A DNA stretch of 34,584 bases from a virus. Below the pieces are notes generated by a model, which saw only the letters and a list, made by a program, of their open reading frames with translations, ran no database searches and had not been told where the DNA came from. Within the stretch, counting starts at the first letter, position 1. Each line of letters starts with the position of its first letter. Positions 1 through 9,113 of the stretch are shown here, piece after piece. Location: positions 1-34,584 of the IMG/VR virus record IMGVR_UViG_3300045988_085215; one strand, written 5' to 3'. Made by a program: the position numbers and the translations under genes.

Positions 1-55
1 TACAAATTAAAAAAGAAATTGTTTGAATACAAATATAAGGTAACTATAAAGGAGA
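1..55. repeat. terminal direct repeat, left copy (identical to 34530-34584)
   Basis: Read base by base: tacaaattaaaaaagaaattgtttgaatacaaatataaggtaactataaaggaga occurs at both window ends. The length of 55 is typical of an assembler k-mer overlap on a circular contig. Confidence 0.95.
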
Positions 56-63
56 CATAGAAA

Positions 64-789
64 ATGGCAAAATGGAATAGAACGGGGACTTACTATGTGT
101 ATAATGCAGATAATGATGAATATTTAGGATGCGGAAGCAGATTTACAGTAGGGAACTACTTTGGAATGAGCAAAGACATTATAGACGCTCACGTTAGAAA
201 GGGAACGGCTTTCCCTGTTCTTAAGTATAAGATTAATTTAAGAATTGAATATAGGGACGGAGTCGTAGAGGACGAGCCTCTAACAGTCAAACTTGAAAGA
301 AGGGATTCTAAGTATTTTAACGCTACTAATAAGAGTGTAAAGCCTTGTAATATGGTAGAAGTATTCAAGATATTTAGAAGACCTAGAAACAAGCAAGAAA
401 TGGAGGAAATGCGAAGCCACTTTTCAATCATTAACTTAAACCGAGTAAGATTGGAACTTGATGGAAAGTCATTCGAAGACGGCTTCCCTTATAGAATCAA
501 CTTTCGTATGAGGGATAAGACAAGAGCCATCGTATTTACTGAGCACTTTTACGATAAGGATTTAGCAGAGCAGAGGTTGAAGTACTTGAAGAAGTTCAAG
601 GCTAAGAAGAAAGATGGCGACTTTTGGTACGATGGGAACTTGTATGATATTTCTAGAATCATTTGTATCAACAGAACTAGAAGCAAGAAAAACGCTATTA
701 TTTCAGCAGATTGTGACACAACGAAGAAGACGAGATATGCTGAGTACTTAGATTTAGTAAGATACGTACAAAACGAATTTATTAGATAG
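64..789 (+). CDS. hypothetical protein (241 aa); weak GIY-YIG-like N-terminal pattern
   Basis: Long ORF with an SD (aaaggagacatagaaaATG). The N-terminus GTYYVYNADNDEYLGCGSR loosely fits GIY-X9-YIG followed by Arg. No other family was recognised. Confidence 0.6.
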   Translation: MAKWNRTGTYYVYNADNDEYLGCGSRFTVGNYFGMSKDIIDAHVRKGTAFPVLKYKINLRIEYRDGVVEDEPLTVKLERRDSKYFNATNKSVKPCNMVEVFKIFRRPRNKQEMEEMRSHFSIINLNRVRLELDGKSFEDGFPYRINFRMRDKTRAIVFTEHFYDKDLAEQRLKYLKKFKAKKKDGDFWYDGNLYDISRIICINRTRSKKNAIISADCDTTKKTRYAEYLDLVRYVQNEFIR

Positions 790-1003
790 TTGCTGAGCCG
801 TTAAACTCTTTATATATAACTCATAAGAAAATTTAAATATAAGAAAATCTATTTAATGAATACCCTAATTGATTTTTTTAACTATCGCATGAGTTTAATG
901 GCTTGCTATATAAATCTGTATTGCAATTGAAAACCTATAAGAGTAAAGGCAGAGTAAAGAGCAGTGCAGATTCTTTTATATTAATTTAAAGGAGTAAAAC
1001 AAC

Positions 1004-1075
1004 ATGGACAACTATATTATTGGTGGACTTATTATCATGACATTAATTATGATATGGGTTTATCTAACTGCATAA
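1004..1075 (+). CDS. possible 23-aa hydrophobic peptide (MDNYIIGGLIIMTLIMIWVYLTA)
   Basis: Not in the ORF track because it is under 60 aa. GGAG lies 9 nt upstream of the ATG. The peptide is a single hydrophobic helix and the ORF lies in an otherwise empty intergenic region. Confidence 0.35.
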   Translation: MDNYIIGGLIIMTLIMIWVYLTA

Positions 1076-1097
1076 ATATAAAGGAGTGGTTTAATAA

Positions 1098-1460
1098 ATG
1101 ACAGTAGAAGAAACTAGGCATTATCTAGAAACCTATAAGAATATGAAGAATAGAGTTGAATACCTAGACAACGTTCTAATTGGTGTTAGTTCAATTAGTT
1201 ACGGAGAAGTCAAGGGAAGCAGTGGAGAACACAAAACAAATAATGACTTCATCATTATGAAGGATGAATACGAGCAACGTATGGCAGACATTAGAAACGA
1301 TATAGAACAGGTAGAAGACCTAAACCATAGGGATGTACTATTCTATAGGTATGTATGTTGTTTGAATTTCTATGAGATTGCCGACATTATGCAGTTTTCA
1401 AAACCACATATTCAAAAACTACTTGGGAAAGCAATTAAAGAACTAAGTAATATAATTTAA
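1098..1460 (+). CDS. late-gene transcriptional regulator, sigma-70 region-4-like HTH (ArpU/RinA/DUF1492-like)
   Basis: 120 aa. The C-terminal part RDVLFYRYVCCLNFYEIADIMQFSKPHIQKLLGKAIKEL looks like a region-4 HTH. Size and position just upstream of the nuclease and packaging genes fit Firmicute phage late activators. Confidence 0.6.
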   Translation: MTVEETRHYLETYKNMKNRVEYLDNVLIGVSSISYGEVKGSSGEHKTNNDFIIMKDEYEQRMADIRNDIEQVEDLNHRDVLFYRYVCCLNFYEIADIMQFSKPHIQKLLGKAIKELSNII

Positions 1461-1570
1461 ATAACTGTATCATCTAGTATCAAAAACTAGATATAACTAT
1501 GTTAGAATATCAACTGATATTATACAACCTATCGCCATATGGTAATATGGTAACATGGAAAAAGATAAAG

Positions 1571-1597
1571 AGGAACGCTTACGAGCGTTCTTTTTGT
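1571..1597 (+). terminator. rho-independent terminator
   Basis: Stem gaacgct / agcgttc with loop tacg, followed by ttttt. Confidence 0.7.
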
Positions 1598-1630
1598 TTG
1601 CATAAATAAATAAAGAAAGAAGGTTATAAC

Positions 1631-1816
1631 ATGGCTGAGGGATTAAGACCACATAAACATGAATACTATACAGACCATAGGATTAGAGTATACGACAGGA
1701 AGAAGAACAGAGATGAAGTCATTGACGTTATGCGCTGTATGATTTGTGGACATCAAGACTATATATATTCGTTTGAGCCTCATAGCGACGATATGGAAGG
1801 CGATAACGATGCCTAG
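1631..1816 (+). CDS. hypothetical protein (61 aa)
   Basis: ORF with a purine-rich SD (gaaagaagg). Its end overlaps the HNH start by 8 nt, consistent with translational coupling. No family recognised. Confidence 0.5.
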   Translation: MAEGLRPHKHEYYTDHRIRVYDRKKNRDEVIDVMRCMICGHQDYIYSFEPHSDDMEGDNDA

Positions 1817-2156
1817 AGGGAACAGACCCGACCAACAGATAAGCGCCCACAGAAGGCAATACGCAGTCAATAAAAAGAAGATACTAGCAACACAGACAGT
1901 ATGTGGAATATGTGGCAAGCCTGTAGACTTTACAAAGAAGTATCCTCATCCATTAAGTCCATGCATAGACCACATTATCCCAATCGCAAAGGGTGGACAT
2001 CCTAGTGATATGGATAACCTACAACTAGCACATTGGATATGTAATAGAGAAAAGAGTGATAAACTATTTAGACGTGTTACAGTCAAGTATGATACTGAAA
2101 TAAATAACAATGACTTACCACATAAAATAGATTGGGAAAAATATAAGGGTTCTTAG
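1809..2156 (+). CDS. HNH endonuclease
   Basis: The internal ATG at 1809 (ggaagg 8 nt upstream) gives 115 aa. Motifs CGICGKP ... IDHIIPIAKGGH ... NLQLAHWICNREK match the HNH core. The track start at 1746 is rejected because it overlaps the previous ORF and has no SD. Confidence 0.85.
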   Translation: MPRGNRPDQQISAHRRQYAVNKKKILATQTVCGICGKPVDFTKKYPHPLSPCIDHIIPIAKGGHPSDMDNLQLAHWICNREKSDKLFRRVTVKYDTEINNNDLPHKIDWEKYKGS

Positions 2157-2176
2157 TGAAATTTTAGTGTAAAAAT

Positions 2177-2346
2177 TAGGGGGGTAGGGTAACCCCAGGG
2201 CATTTTGACGCTGAGGTTCACGCCGTCTATACAAATTTCTCGTAAAATATCGCTATACGCCAAATATAGCCTGTTTAAGAGGCTTTTAACAATATTATGA
2301 AGAAGTATAAGAGGCGCTTAAAATGGCGCTTATACGCTAAATTTAG
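2177..2346. other. candidate packaging recognition (cos/pac) region
   Basis: GC-rich tract taggggggtagggtaaccccagggc (2177-2201) sits in AT-rich DNA. Imperfect direct repeats cgctatacgccaaatatag (2251-2269) and cgcttatacgctaaatttag (2327-2346). ggcgctta occurs twice (2313-2320, 2325-2332). The region lies between the HNH and portal genes. Confidence 0.3.
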
Positions 2347-2356
2347 GGGGTTTTTT

Positions 2357-3664
2357 ATGAACTATAAAGGAATAGACTACTTAAGAAGTTTATTAGGAGA
2401 CAAACAAACAAGGATTGCTAAATGTTATGAATATTATAATCAGAAAGATAGGATGGATAATTCTCAAGCAATTACAGAGAATGCACAAATGCAGAGAATC
2501 ACGAAAAAGGTCGGTTGGATTCCTAAAGCCGTGGATTCATTAACGAACCGATTACAGTTTAGCGCTTTTGGGAATGACGATGAACTATTAGTTAACGATA
2601 TCTTCATGAGGAATAACAGAGATGTCTTATTTAAAACAATGTTTAAAGGGGCTATTATTTCTTCTTGTGATTTCGTTTATATTTCACAGAACACCGACGG
2701 CACAGCAAGGCTACAAGTAATTGACGGCTACAATGCAACGGGTGTTATTGATACTTCTACAATGCTACTAGATGAAGGTTATGCAGTATTAGAAAGAGAC
2801 AGTTACACAGGCAAGCCAACATTAGAAGCCTATTTTATCAAGGGCAAGACTCAGTACTTTAAGGACGGACACCCTATGGGTGAAATTGTTAATAACTTGG
2901 ATTATCCTTTATTAGTTCCGATTATTTACAATCCCGACGCTACAAGACCTTTTGGTAGAAGTCTGATTTCTGATTCACTTATGAAGTACGTAGACGACGC
3001 CAAAGAGACATTGCGACTTATGAGCGTGTCTGCTCAGTTCTACTCATTCCCTCAAAAATGGGTAACAGGATTAGACAATGACACCGACACTTTCGACAAG
3101 TGGCAGATGGTGATGAGCGCCATGATGGCTTTTGGTAGGGATGAAGACGGAAACACTCCGACAGTCGGACAGTTTATCCAACAGTCAATGTCACCTTACA
3201 ATGAGCAGTTAAAAACGCTCGCTTCTATGTTTAGTGGAGAAACAGGCTTGACACTTGACGACCTAGGCTTTGCCACTGCCAACCCATCAAGCGCTGAGGC
3301 TATCAAGGCAACTCATGAGACGCTTAGACTTATGGCAAGAGGAGCACAAGAGACCTTCGAAGTAGGGATTATCAATGTAGCATTCCTTGCTAAGTCATTA
3401 GAAAGCAATATGCAGTTTAAACGTTCACAGTTCGCAAATCTAAATGTTAGATGGAAGCCAACTTTTGAAGTTGACGCCACAATGCTTAGTGGTATTGGAG
3501 ACGGTGCTATTAAAATCAATAATGCAGTAGAAGGATACTTCGACAAAGAAGCACTTGAAGACTTAACAGGTATCAAGGCTTCTGAGGATGATGAACCAAT
3601 CTATAACAAGTTGATTGATGACACTATGACAGACAACGAAGATGAGGAAGTAGAAGATGAATAA
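2357..3664 (+). CDS. portal protein
   Basis: 435 aa from the ATG at 2357 (SD aggggg). It has an acidic C-terminal tail (DNEDEEVEDE) and lies directly upstream of, and overlaps, the MuF-like head gene, which is the canonical SPP1-type arrangement. Confidence 0.7.
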   Translation: MNYKGIDYLRSLLGDKQTRIAKCYEYYNQKDRMDNSQAITENAQMQRITKKVGWIPKAVDSLTNRLQFSAFGNDDELLVNDIFMRNNRDVLFKTMFKGAIISSCDFVYISQNTDGTARLQVIDGYNATGVIDTSTMLLDEGYAVLERDSYTGKPTLEAYFIKGKTQYFKDGHPMGEIVNNLDYPLLVPIIYNPDATRPFGRSLISDSLMKYVDDAKETLRLMSVSAQFYSFPQKWVTGLDNDTDTFDKWQMVMSAMMAFGRDEDGNTPTVGQFIQQSMSPYNEQLKTLASMFSGETGLTLDDLGFATANPSSAEAIKATHETLRLMARGAQETFEVGIINVAFLAKSLESNMQFKRSQFANLNVRWKPTFEVDATMLSGIGDGAIKINNAVEGYFDKEALEDLTGIKASEDDEPIYNKLIDDTMTDNEDEEVEDE

Positions 3665-4331
3665 TGACGTATCACCAACAATCCTTGAAGCAGTGGCAAA
3701 GGATTTTAAGAAAAAATATTCTAGTTCAAAAGAGATTAGCAGGCTACTAGTCAAGATTGAAAATGGCACGGCTTCTCATGCTGATTCCTACCAATTTGCG
3801 CAGAAGGTCAGCGACTATCTAAGCTATGCTATCAAGAAGAATATGACAGGAAGCACCCTTCCCAATGGTAAACTTTATTATCATATTGCAGAAGACGTTC
3901 TAACTCCTCTATTGAAGAATAACCACGCACTAGTTACAAGTTACGCAAAGAACGTTCAAACAATCCTTAATGTAAAGGACGATGTACCTTTTAAGGGAGT
4001 AACGGCAAAAATCAACACAGATAGGATTGAGGGTATTTGCTCAGAGTTCTCAAGAGCCGACAAATTCGAGGAAACACAACAGGAACTTGCAGACACTATC
4101 GAAAATTATTCGCTTTCAAGTGTTGATGATACCATCAAAGAGAATGTCAGATTTCTAAGCAACCTTGGTTATAATGAGGTTGTAGAAAGACATGCAGAAA
4201 GTGGCGCTTGCAAGTGGTGCAGAAGTTTAGATGGTACGTATGACTACTCGCCTAATATGGATAATACAGTATTTAAGCGTCATAAACGTTGTAAGTGCAC
4301 TATAGATGTGCACAGAATTAAACTATTTTAG
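3657..4331 (+). CDS. head morphogenesis / minor capsid protein (Mu F / SPP1 gp7-like)
   Basis: 224 aa. The C-terminal CKWCRSLDG...HKRCKCTI resembles the conserved Cys/His motif of the Phage_Mu_F domain. It follows the portal gene. Confidence 0.75.
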   Translation: MNNDVSPTILEAVAKDFKKKYSSSKEISRLLVKIENGTASHADSYQFAQKVSDYLSYAIKKNMTGSTLPNGKLYYHIAEDVLTPLLKNNHALVTSYAKNVQTILNVKDDVPFKGVTAKINTDRIEGICSEFSRADKFEETQQELADTIENYSLSSVDDTIKENVRFLSNLGYNEVVERHAESGACKWCRSLDGTYDYSPNMDNTVFKRHKRCKCTIDVHRIKLF

Positions 4332-4346
4332 GAGGATATAAAGCAT

Positions 4347-4529
4347 ATGGGCTTTGGATTTTTAAATTTAATTACAGTTATTTTTGTTATTGCAAAACTC
4401 GTTGGGGCGTTCCCTTTTAGTTGGTTGATTGTATTTTTACCAACAATTATTGATGTGGCTGTTATTCTTATTTGCTTCTTGATTGTTGCAATTGTTGCAT
4501 TAATTAACGTATTAAACGGAGACGATTAA
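4347..4529 (+). CDS. small membrane protein (60 aa, two predicted TM helices)
   Basis: Strong SD (aggagg, 9 nt spacing). The sequence is almost entirely hydrophobic. Confidence 0.6.
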   Translation: MGFGFLNLITVIFVIAKLVGAFPFSWLIVFLPTIIDVAVILICFLIVAIVALINVLNGDD

Positions 4530-4531
4530 CG

Positions 4532-5482
4532 ATGGCTTCTAGTACACTATATAAAGGCGACTGCATGGAGTGGCTCAAGAACATCGAGGATAATTCAATA
4601 GACTTGATTTTATGCGACCCTCCTTACGGTACGATGCACGGAGACTTTGGACAGGACACAGACAGCAACAGGAACAGAAAAAGTCTAAGCAAAATTGGAA
4701 AATGGGATATTGCTTTAGACACTGAGAAAATGCTAGAGGAGTGTACAAGGGTTTTACGACCTAATGGTAAATGTATTCTATTTTCACAAGAACCATTTAC
4801 AAGTGAACTAATCACCAAACAGACGGTTGATTTGCCTTTTTCTTATCCGATGTATTGGTTGAAAAACTGCTCGGGTAACGTATTAGGAGCAAAGAAGAAT
4901 TGCTTGCAGTATATCGAGGTTATGTTGCTATTCAAAAAGAAGGTCTATGGCGATGAAGTATATGCAGAAAGCCCCGTCCGTGATTATTTAAAACAGGAAC
5001 TAGAAAAGACAGGGCTAACAGTTCCACAGGTTAATAAACTGCTAGGGTGCTCAAGTATGGCAAGCCATTATTTCGGAGACGGAAGGCAGTTCGCTATACC
5101 GTCGGAAAAGTATTACAAAAAGTTACAGACAACAGGGCATTTTCAAAAGCCTTATGAATGGCTTAAAAATACAAATAAAGTAGATTATCCATCTACATTT
5201 AATTTAAATGGAGCAAAGTCCAAAAGTAACGTATTTCAGTATGCGAAGCCGTCTTCTAATAAGAGCGTACACCCAACGCAGAAGCCAACGGAACTACTAG
5301 AAGACCTTCTCAAGACTTTCAGCAATGAAGGCGATACCGTTTTAGATTTTACGATGGGCAGTGGTTCAACAGGTGTAGCGTGTATGCATACAAACAGAAA
5401 CTTCATCGGCATAGAGAAAGACGAAGACTATTTTAACATTGCTAAGAATAGAATAGACAACGCTCAGAACTCAAAAGAATAA
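4532..5482 (+). CDS. DNA methyltransferase, N6A/N4C beta-class (DPPY)
   Basis: Motif IV LILCDPPYG near the N-terminus. HPTQKPTELLEDLL and motif I VLDFTMGSGSTG lie near the C-terminus, which is the typical N6_N4_Mtase order. Confidence 0.9.
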   Translation: MASSTLYKGDCMEWLKNIEDNSIDLILCDPPYGTMHGDFGQDTDSNRNRKSLSKIGKWDIALDTEKMLEECTRVLRPNGKCILFSQEPFTSELITKQTVDLPFSYPMYWLKNCSGNVLGAKKNCLQYIEVMLLFKKKVYGDEVYAESPVRDYLKQELEKTGLTVPQVNKLLGCSSMASHYFGDGRQFAIPSEKYYKKLQTTGHFQKPYEWLKNTNKVDYPSTFNLNGAKSKSNVFQYAKPSSNKSVHPTQKPTELLEDLLKTFSNEGDTVLDFTMGSGSTGVACMHTNRNFIGIEKDEDYFNIAKNRIDNAQNSKE

Positions 5483-5508
5483 ATATATTATGCAGTAAAG
5501 CGAGGTGG

Positions 5509-5545
5509 TGTCAATTGATTGTTTGATACCAAATTTTAATTGACA
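5509..5545. repeat. inverted repeat upstream of terL
   Basis: tgtcaatt (5509-5516) and aattgaca (5538-5545) form 8-bp arms separated by 21 nt, just upstream of the terL SD. Confidence 0.4.
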
Positions 5546-5563
5546 AGGTAGGAGGGTAGTAAT

Positions 5564-7009
5564 ATGTCAGAACAAAAGAGAATAGGACAACAAACTCCTA
5601 CTAATAGTTACATCATTCCATATGAAAATAGTTTAGGTCAACAGGCTATTGACTTATACAATAACACCAAAAACACAGCGATGGAGTGGCAAGAAATACA
5701 GATGATGGACATCATGGCTATTGACGAGGAAGGTCAATGGCAACATATGAAATATGGCTATTCAATCCCACGAAGAAATGGGAAGTCCGAGTTACTCGTT
5801 ATGCGTGAGTTGTGGGGATTGCTACATGGTGAGCGTATTCTACACACTGCACATAGAACACCAACGTCGCACGCTTCTTGGGAGAAACTCAAGAAGGCAT
5901 TGGACGAAAACGGCTTCGAAGAAGTCAAACGAGCAGATAAGGCCAAAAAGTATAACAAGGCTTATACTGCAACGGCTCAATATGGACTTGAGACCATCAC
6001 AATGCTAGACGAGTTAGAAGGTACTATCAACTTTAGAACAAGAACTTCTAAAGGTGGACTCGGTGAAGGTTTCGACCTTTTAATTATTGACGAGGCACAG
6101 GAATATACCGATGAACAGCAATCAACATTACAGTATGTTGTTACATCATCGGACAACCCACAAACGCTCATGTGTGGAACACCACCAACCGCGGTTTCCT
6201 CGGGTACGGTTTTCGAAAAGTTGAGGGAGTCTTGTTTGAGTGGACAGGCTCAAAATTGCGGTTGGGCTGAATGGTCAGTAGAAAAAATGTCAGATGTCAA
6301 GGCTAAGGACATATGGTATATGTGCAATCCGTCATTAGGTCAGACCTTGAAGGAACGTTCGGTAGCGTCTGAGGATTCTAGCGACGAGGTAGACTTTAAT
6401 ATACAGAGGTTCGGGCTATGGCTCAAGTACAACCAAAAGTCAGCCATCCTTGAAAGGGAATGGGATAACTTGAAGATTGAAGACGTGCCACATCTAACAG
6501 GTAAGTTATACGTTGGTATCAAGTACGCCAAAGATGGTAATAGTGTTTGTATGTCGGTTGCTTGTCTTACAGAGGAAAAACGCATCCTTGTTGATGTAGT
6601 CAACAGAAAGTCGGTAAAAGACGGCAACGATTGGATTATTAATTTCCTAAGACATGCAGACGTAAAGCGTATCGTTGTTGACGGTGCGAACGGTCAAGCA
6701 GTGCTCAAGGAAAACTTAAAAGACGCCAACATAAAAACACCTGTCACATTGCCAAAGGTCAAAGAAGTTATTGAAGCCAATGCACAGTTTGAAAAGTCCA
6801 TAAACGATGGTACGTTGTGCCACTTTGGACAGCCCTCATTGAGACAGGTTGCGACTAACTCAGAAAAGAGGGCTATAGGTACAAACGGAGGCTTTGGGTA
6901 TAGGTCAATCATGGATGATGTAGATATTGCTTTACTTGATTCTACTATTTTGGCTCTATGGGCTTGCAATAAATACAGTAGAAAGAAAAAGCAAAAAGTA
7001 TTTTATTAA
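5564..7009 (+). CDS. terL: terminase large subunit
   Basis: 481 aa. Walker A-like PRRNGKSE, Walker B LLIIDEAQEY, and a C-terminal nuclease-sized domain. SD aggaggg. Confidence 0.85.
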   Translation: MSEQKRIGQQTPTNSYIIPYENSLGQQAIDLYNNTKNTAMEWQEIQMMDIMAIDEEGQWQHMKYGYSIPRRNGKSELLVMRELWGLLHGERILHTAHRTPTSHASWEKLKKALDENGFEEVKRADKAKKYNKAYTATAQYGLETITMLDELEGTINFRTRTSKGGLGEGFDLLIIDEAQEYTDEQQSTLQYVVTSSDNPQTLMCGTPPTAVSSGTVFEKLRESCLSGQAQNCGWAEWSVEKMSDVKAKDIWYMCNPSLGQTLKERSVASEDSSDEVDFNIQRFGLWLKYNQKSAILEREWDNLKIEDVPHLTGKLYVGIKYAKDGNSVCMSVACLTEEKRILVDVVNRKSVKDGNDWIINFLRHADVKRIVVDGANGQAVLKENLKDANIKTPVTLPKVKEVIEANAQFEKSINDGTLCHFGQPSLRQVATNSEKRAIGTNGGFGYRSIMDDVDIALLDSTILALWACNKYSRKKKQKVFY

Positions 7010-7050
7010 CACGCGAACTAGCACGGTAAAACGTAGGAGGATTTAAAATT

Positions 7051-7524
7051 ATGGCTTTTAAAATTATTGAAACTCAAGAAGAACTTGACGCAATTATTAG
7101 AGAAAGATTAGAGAGAGCAGAGAAGAAATACGAAGGATTTATGAGTGCTGAGGATGTGCAGAAAATGAAGGACACATACGAAGCAAAAGTAAAGGAAGAA
7201 ACAGACAAGTATACTACTTTAGAAAAAGAGAAAAACGACCTCGTGGGCAAGGTTAAAGGCTATGAGGTTGGAACACTCAAAACAAAAGTAGCACTTGCTA
7301 ACGGCTTACCTATTGGGGTTACTGATTATCTTAAAGGAGAAACAGAAGAAGAACTTACGGAAAGCGCTAAAGCGTTATCAAGTATGTTTACTCCTAAAGG
7401 TGCAGAACCTAAGCCAAAAGAAGAAGGTAAACCACTAGCACCACAGGGCACAAATTCACAGGGCGCAACTATGAGCGAAGTAGAAAAGCGCTTCATGGAG
7501 TTAAACCCTAATTTAAAGGTTTAA
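7051..7524 (+). CDS. capsid scaffolding protein
   Basis: 157 aa, charged with a coiled-coil-like N-terminus (EELDAIIRERLERAEKKYE). It lies immediately upstream of the major capsid gene. Confidence 0.65.
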   Translation: MAFKIIETQEELDAIIRERLERAEKKYEGFMSAEDVQKMKDTYEAKVKEETDKYTTLEKEKNDLVGKVKGYEVGTLKTKVALANGLPIGVTDYLKGETEEELTESAKALSSMFTPKGAEPKPKEEGKPLAPQGTNSQGATMSEVEKRFMELNPNLKV

Positions 7525-7547
7525 TTATATAGGAGGATTATTTATTT

Positions 7548-8369
7548 ATGGCACAGAACACAGAACTACAGGAAAGATACTCAAGTTTAGTACTTGCTAA
7601 GCAAAGAAAAACTTCTTTATTTATCAACTTATTTAATAGAAATTATGAAGGAACTCCAACAAGTGGAGCAGTAAAGATTCCTGTTAGAGATACAGAAGTA
7701 GAAGTTAACGCTTATGACAAGGTAAACGGTACTTCATTAACAAATTCAAGCACAACTTACAAGACACTCGTAATCGACCACGACAACGCAGTCAATGAAC
7801 TAGTAGATGGATACGTTGCAGAAGCCGTTCCCGACAAATTAATCGCAGAAAGACTTGATTCTTCGGGATATTCAATGGCTTTACAGATTGATACTGATTT
7901 ATGTAATGAATTAATCACAAACGGAACAGCCATTGCAGACACTAAGGCACTTACTAAAACAACTATCTATGAAGCAATCATTGACGCTAGAACACAGGCA
8001 AGAAAGGAACACTTACAGACTTCTGAGTTATGGCTTGCAGTTTCTCCCGACACTTACGCTTTACTATTAAAGTCGCCCGATTTTATCAAGGCTTCAGCAC
8101 TTGGGGATGAAGTAGTGCAGACAGGCGCTGTCGGTAAAATTGGTGGTATCACTGTTTACGAATGTGACAACATGACAGATAAAACAGTTGACTTTATTTT
8201 AGGTAACCGCATCTTCTGTCACTATGTAGACGAATGGGCAGTTAAAATCGGTATTAATAACCTTTACGACGGTGAGCACATCGGAGCGTCTGCAATCCAG
8301 GGTCGTGACGTATACGGCTATATGATTTCAAGACCTAATACCGTATTAGTTAAAAAACACACTGCATAA
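7548..8369 (+). CDS. major capsid protein
   Basis: 273 aa. Called from its position after the scaffold gene, a strong SD (aggagg), and size and composition consistent with a capsid protein. This is a synteny-based call. Confidence 0.7.
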   Translation: MAQNTELQERYSSLVLAKQRKTSLFINLFNRNYEGTPTSGAVKIPVRDTEVEVNAYDKVNGTSLTNSSTTYKTLVIDHDNAVNELVDGYVAEAVPDKLIAERLDSSGYSMALQIDTDLCNELITNGTAIADTKALTKTTIYEAIIDARTQARKEHLQTSELWLAVSPDTYALLLKSPDFIKASALGDEVVQTGAVGKIGGITVYECDNMTDKTVDFILGNRIFCHYVDEWAVKIGINNLYDGEHIGASAIQGRDVYGYMISRPNTVLVKKHTA

Positions 8370-8382
8370 GGAGTAGATGAGG

Positions 8383-8784
8383 ATGAACAGTGCTTTAGCG
8401 ACAACAGAAGAATACGAAGAAGCCTATAGCACTCATCTTTCGGATACAGACAAAAAACGTGTTGAAACCCTATTAATGTATGCTTCCTCCCTTTTGAGGG
8501 TGGAGGCTTCTAATAGGGGCTATAATTTAGATATTATCATTTTGAAAGATGAGGCTAAAAAATACGTAGCAAAGATGGTAGTACTTGCGAGCGTAAAAAG
8601 GGCAATGCATACGAACGAGGTTACAGAAGCACCATTGGAGCAGTTTTCTCAGTCAGCGATGGGGTACACTGTTAGTGGTACATACTTAAACCCTGGGGAT
8701 GATATTTACTTCTTAAACAACGAACTAAAGCGATTAGGTATTTCCAAAAAGGCTCAAGGCTTTTTTATTGACTTATGGCATTAA
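8383..8784 (+). CDS. head-tail connector (gp6-like) protein
   Basis: Synteny after the capsid gene. The ATG at 8383 has 9-nt spacing from aaggag, whereas the track start at 8377 has only 3 nt. Confidence 0.5.
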   Translation: MNSALATTEEYEEAYSTHLSDTDKKRVETLLMYASSLLRVEASNRGYNLDIIILKDEAKKYVAKMVVLASVKRAMHTNEVTEAPLEQFSQSAMGYTVSGTYLNPGDDIYFLNNELKRLGISKKAQGFFIDLWH

Positions 8785-9113
8785 TAAAAGGCATTACAAT
8801 AGCGTTGTATGAGAAGACTAAAACAGGTATAGATGGATTCAATCATGCAGTATATGAGACTAGACCTATTCAAGTAAGTAATGTATTGGTAGCACCTGTC
8901 AACGCTTCTGATATCCCAACTAGCACAAAAGCAGACAGAAGGAAAGCAACATACCAACTAGCGATTCCAAAAGGTGACAACCACAATTGGGATAATGCAG
9001 TAGTCGAGTTTTTCGGTCATGAATGGCACACGGTCGGAATACCTATTGAAGGTATTGAAGAAAATATTCCTTTATGTTGGAATAAGAAAGTGACTGTAGA
9101 ACGCTATGAGTAA
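8775..9113 (+). CDS. head closure / head-tail adaptor protein
   Basis: 112 aa. Overlapping starts and stops with its neighbours suggest coupling. The call rests on synteny only. Confidence 0.45.
   Translation: MALIKGITIALYEKTKTGIDGFNHAVYETRPIQVSNVLVAPVNASDIPTSTKADRRKATYQLAIPKGDNHNWDNAVVEFFGHEWHTVGIPIEGIEENIPLCWNKKVTVERYE

Noticed and set aside
2205-2228. A T-loop-like ggttcacgcc, and the search for a (suppressor) tRNA in all intergenic regions.
   Set aside because: No acceptor, D or anticodon arms can be built around it. I found no cloverleaf-compatible sequence in any other intergenic region by eye. A tRNAscan run would be the proper check.
2297-2356. Upstream extension of the portal ORF (MKKYKRRLKWRLYAKFRGFF), and likewise the 26511 start for the 26577 gene.
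   Set aside because: The internal ATGs (2357 and 26577) have good SDs at proper spacing. The extensions run through repeat or promoter sequence and have no SD.
4329-4349. The MuF-like gene ends in a single TAG, and the 60-aa membrane ORF follows in the same frame with no intervening stop.
   Set aside because: The membrane ORF has its own strong SD (aggagg, 9 nt to the ATG). A shared frame over a 15-nt gap is expected by chance about one time in three.
5754-6008. Same-strand alternative-frame ORFs: 5754-6008 inside terL, 15587-15811 at the end of the 14902 gene, and 1746-1808 as an N-terminal extension of HNH.
   Set aside because: They are embedded in or overlap genes with strong motif support, and they have no ribosome-binding sites.
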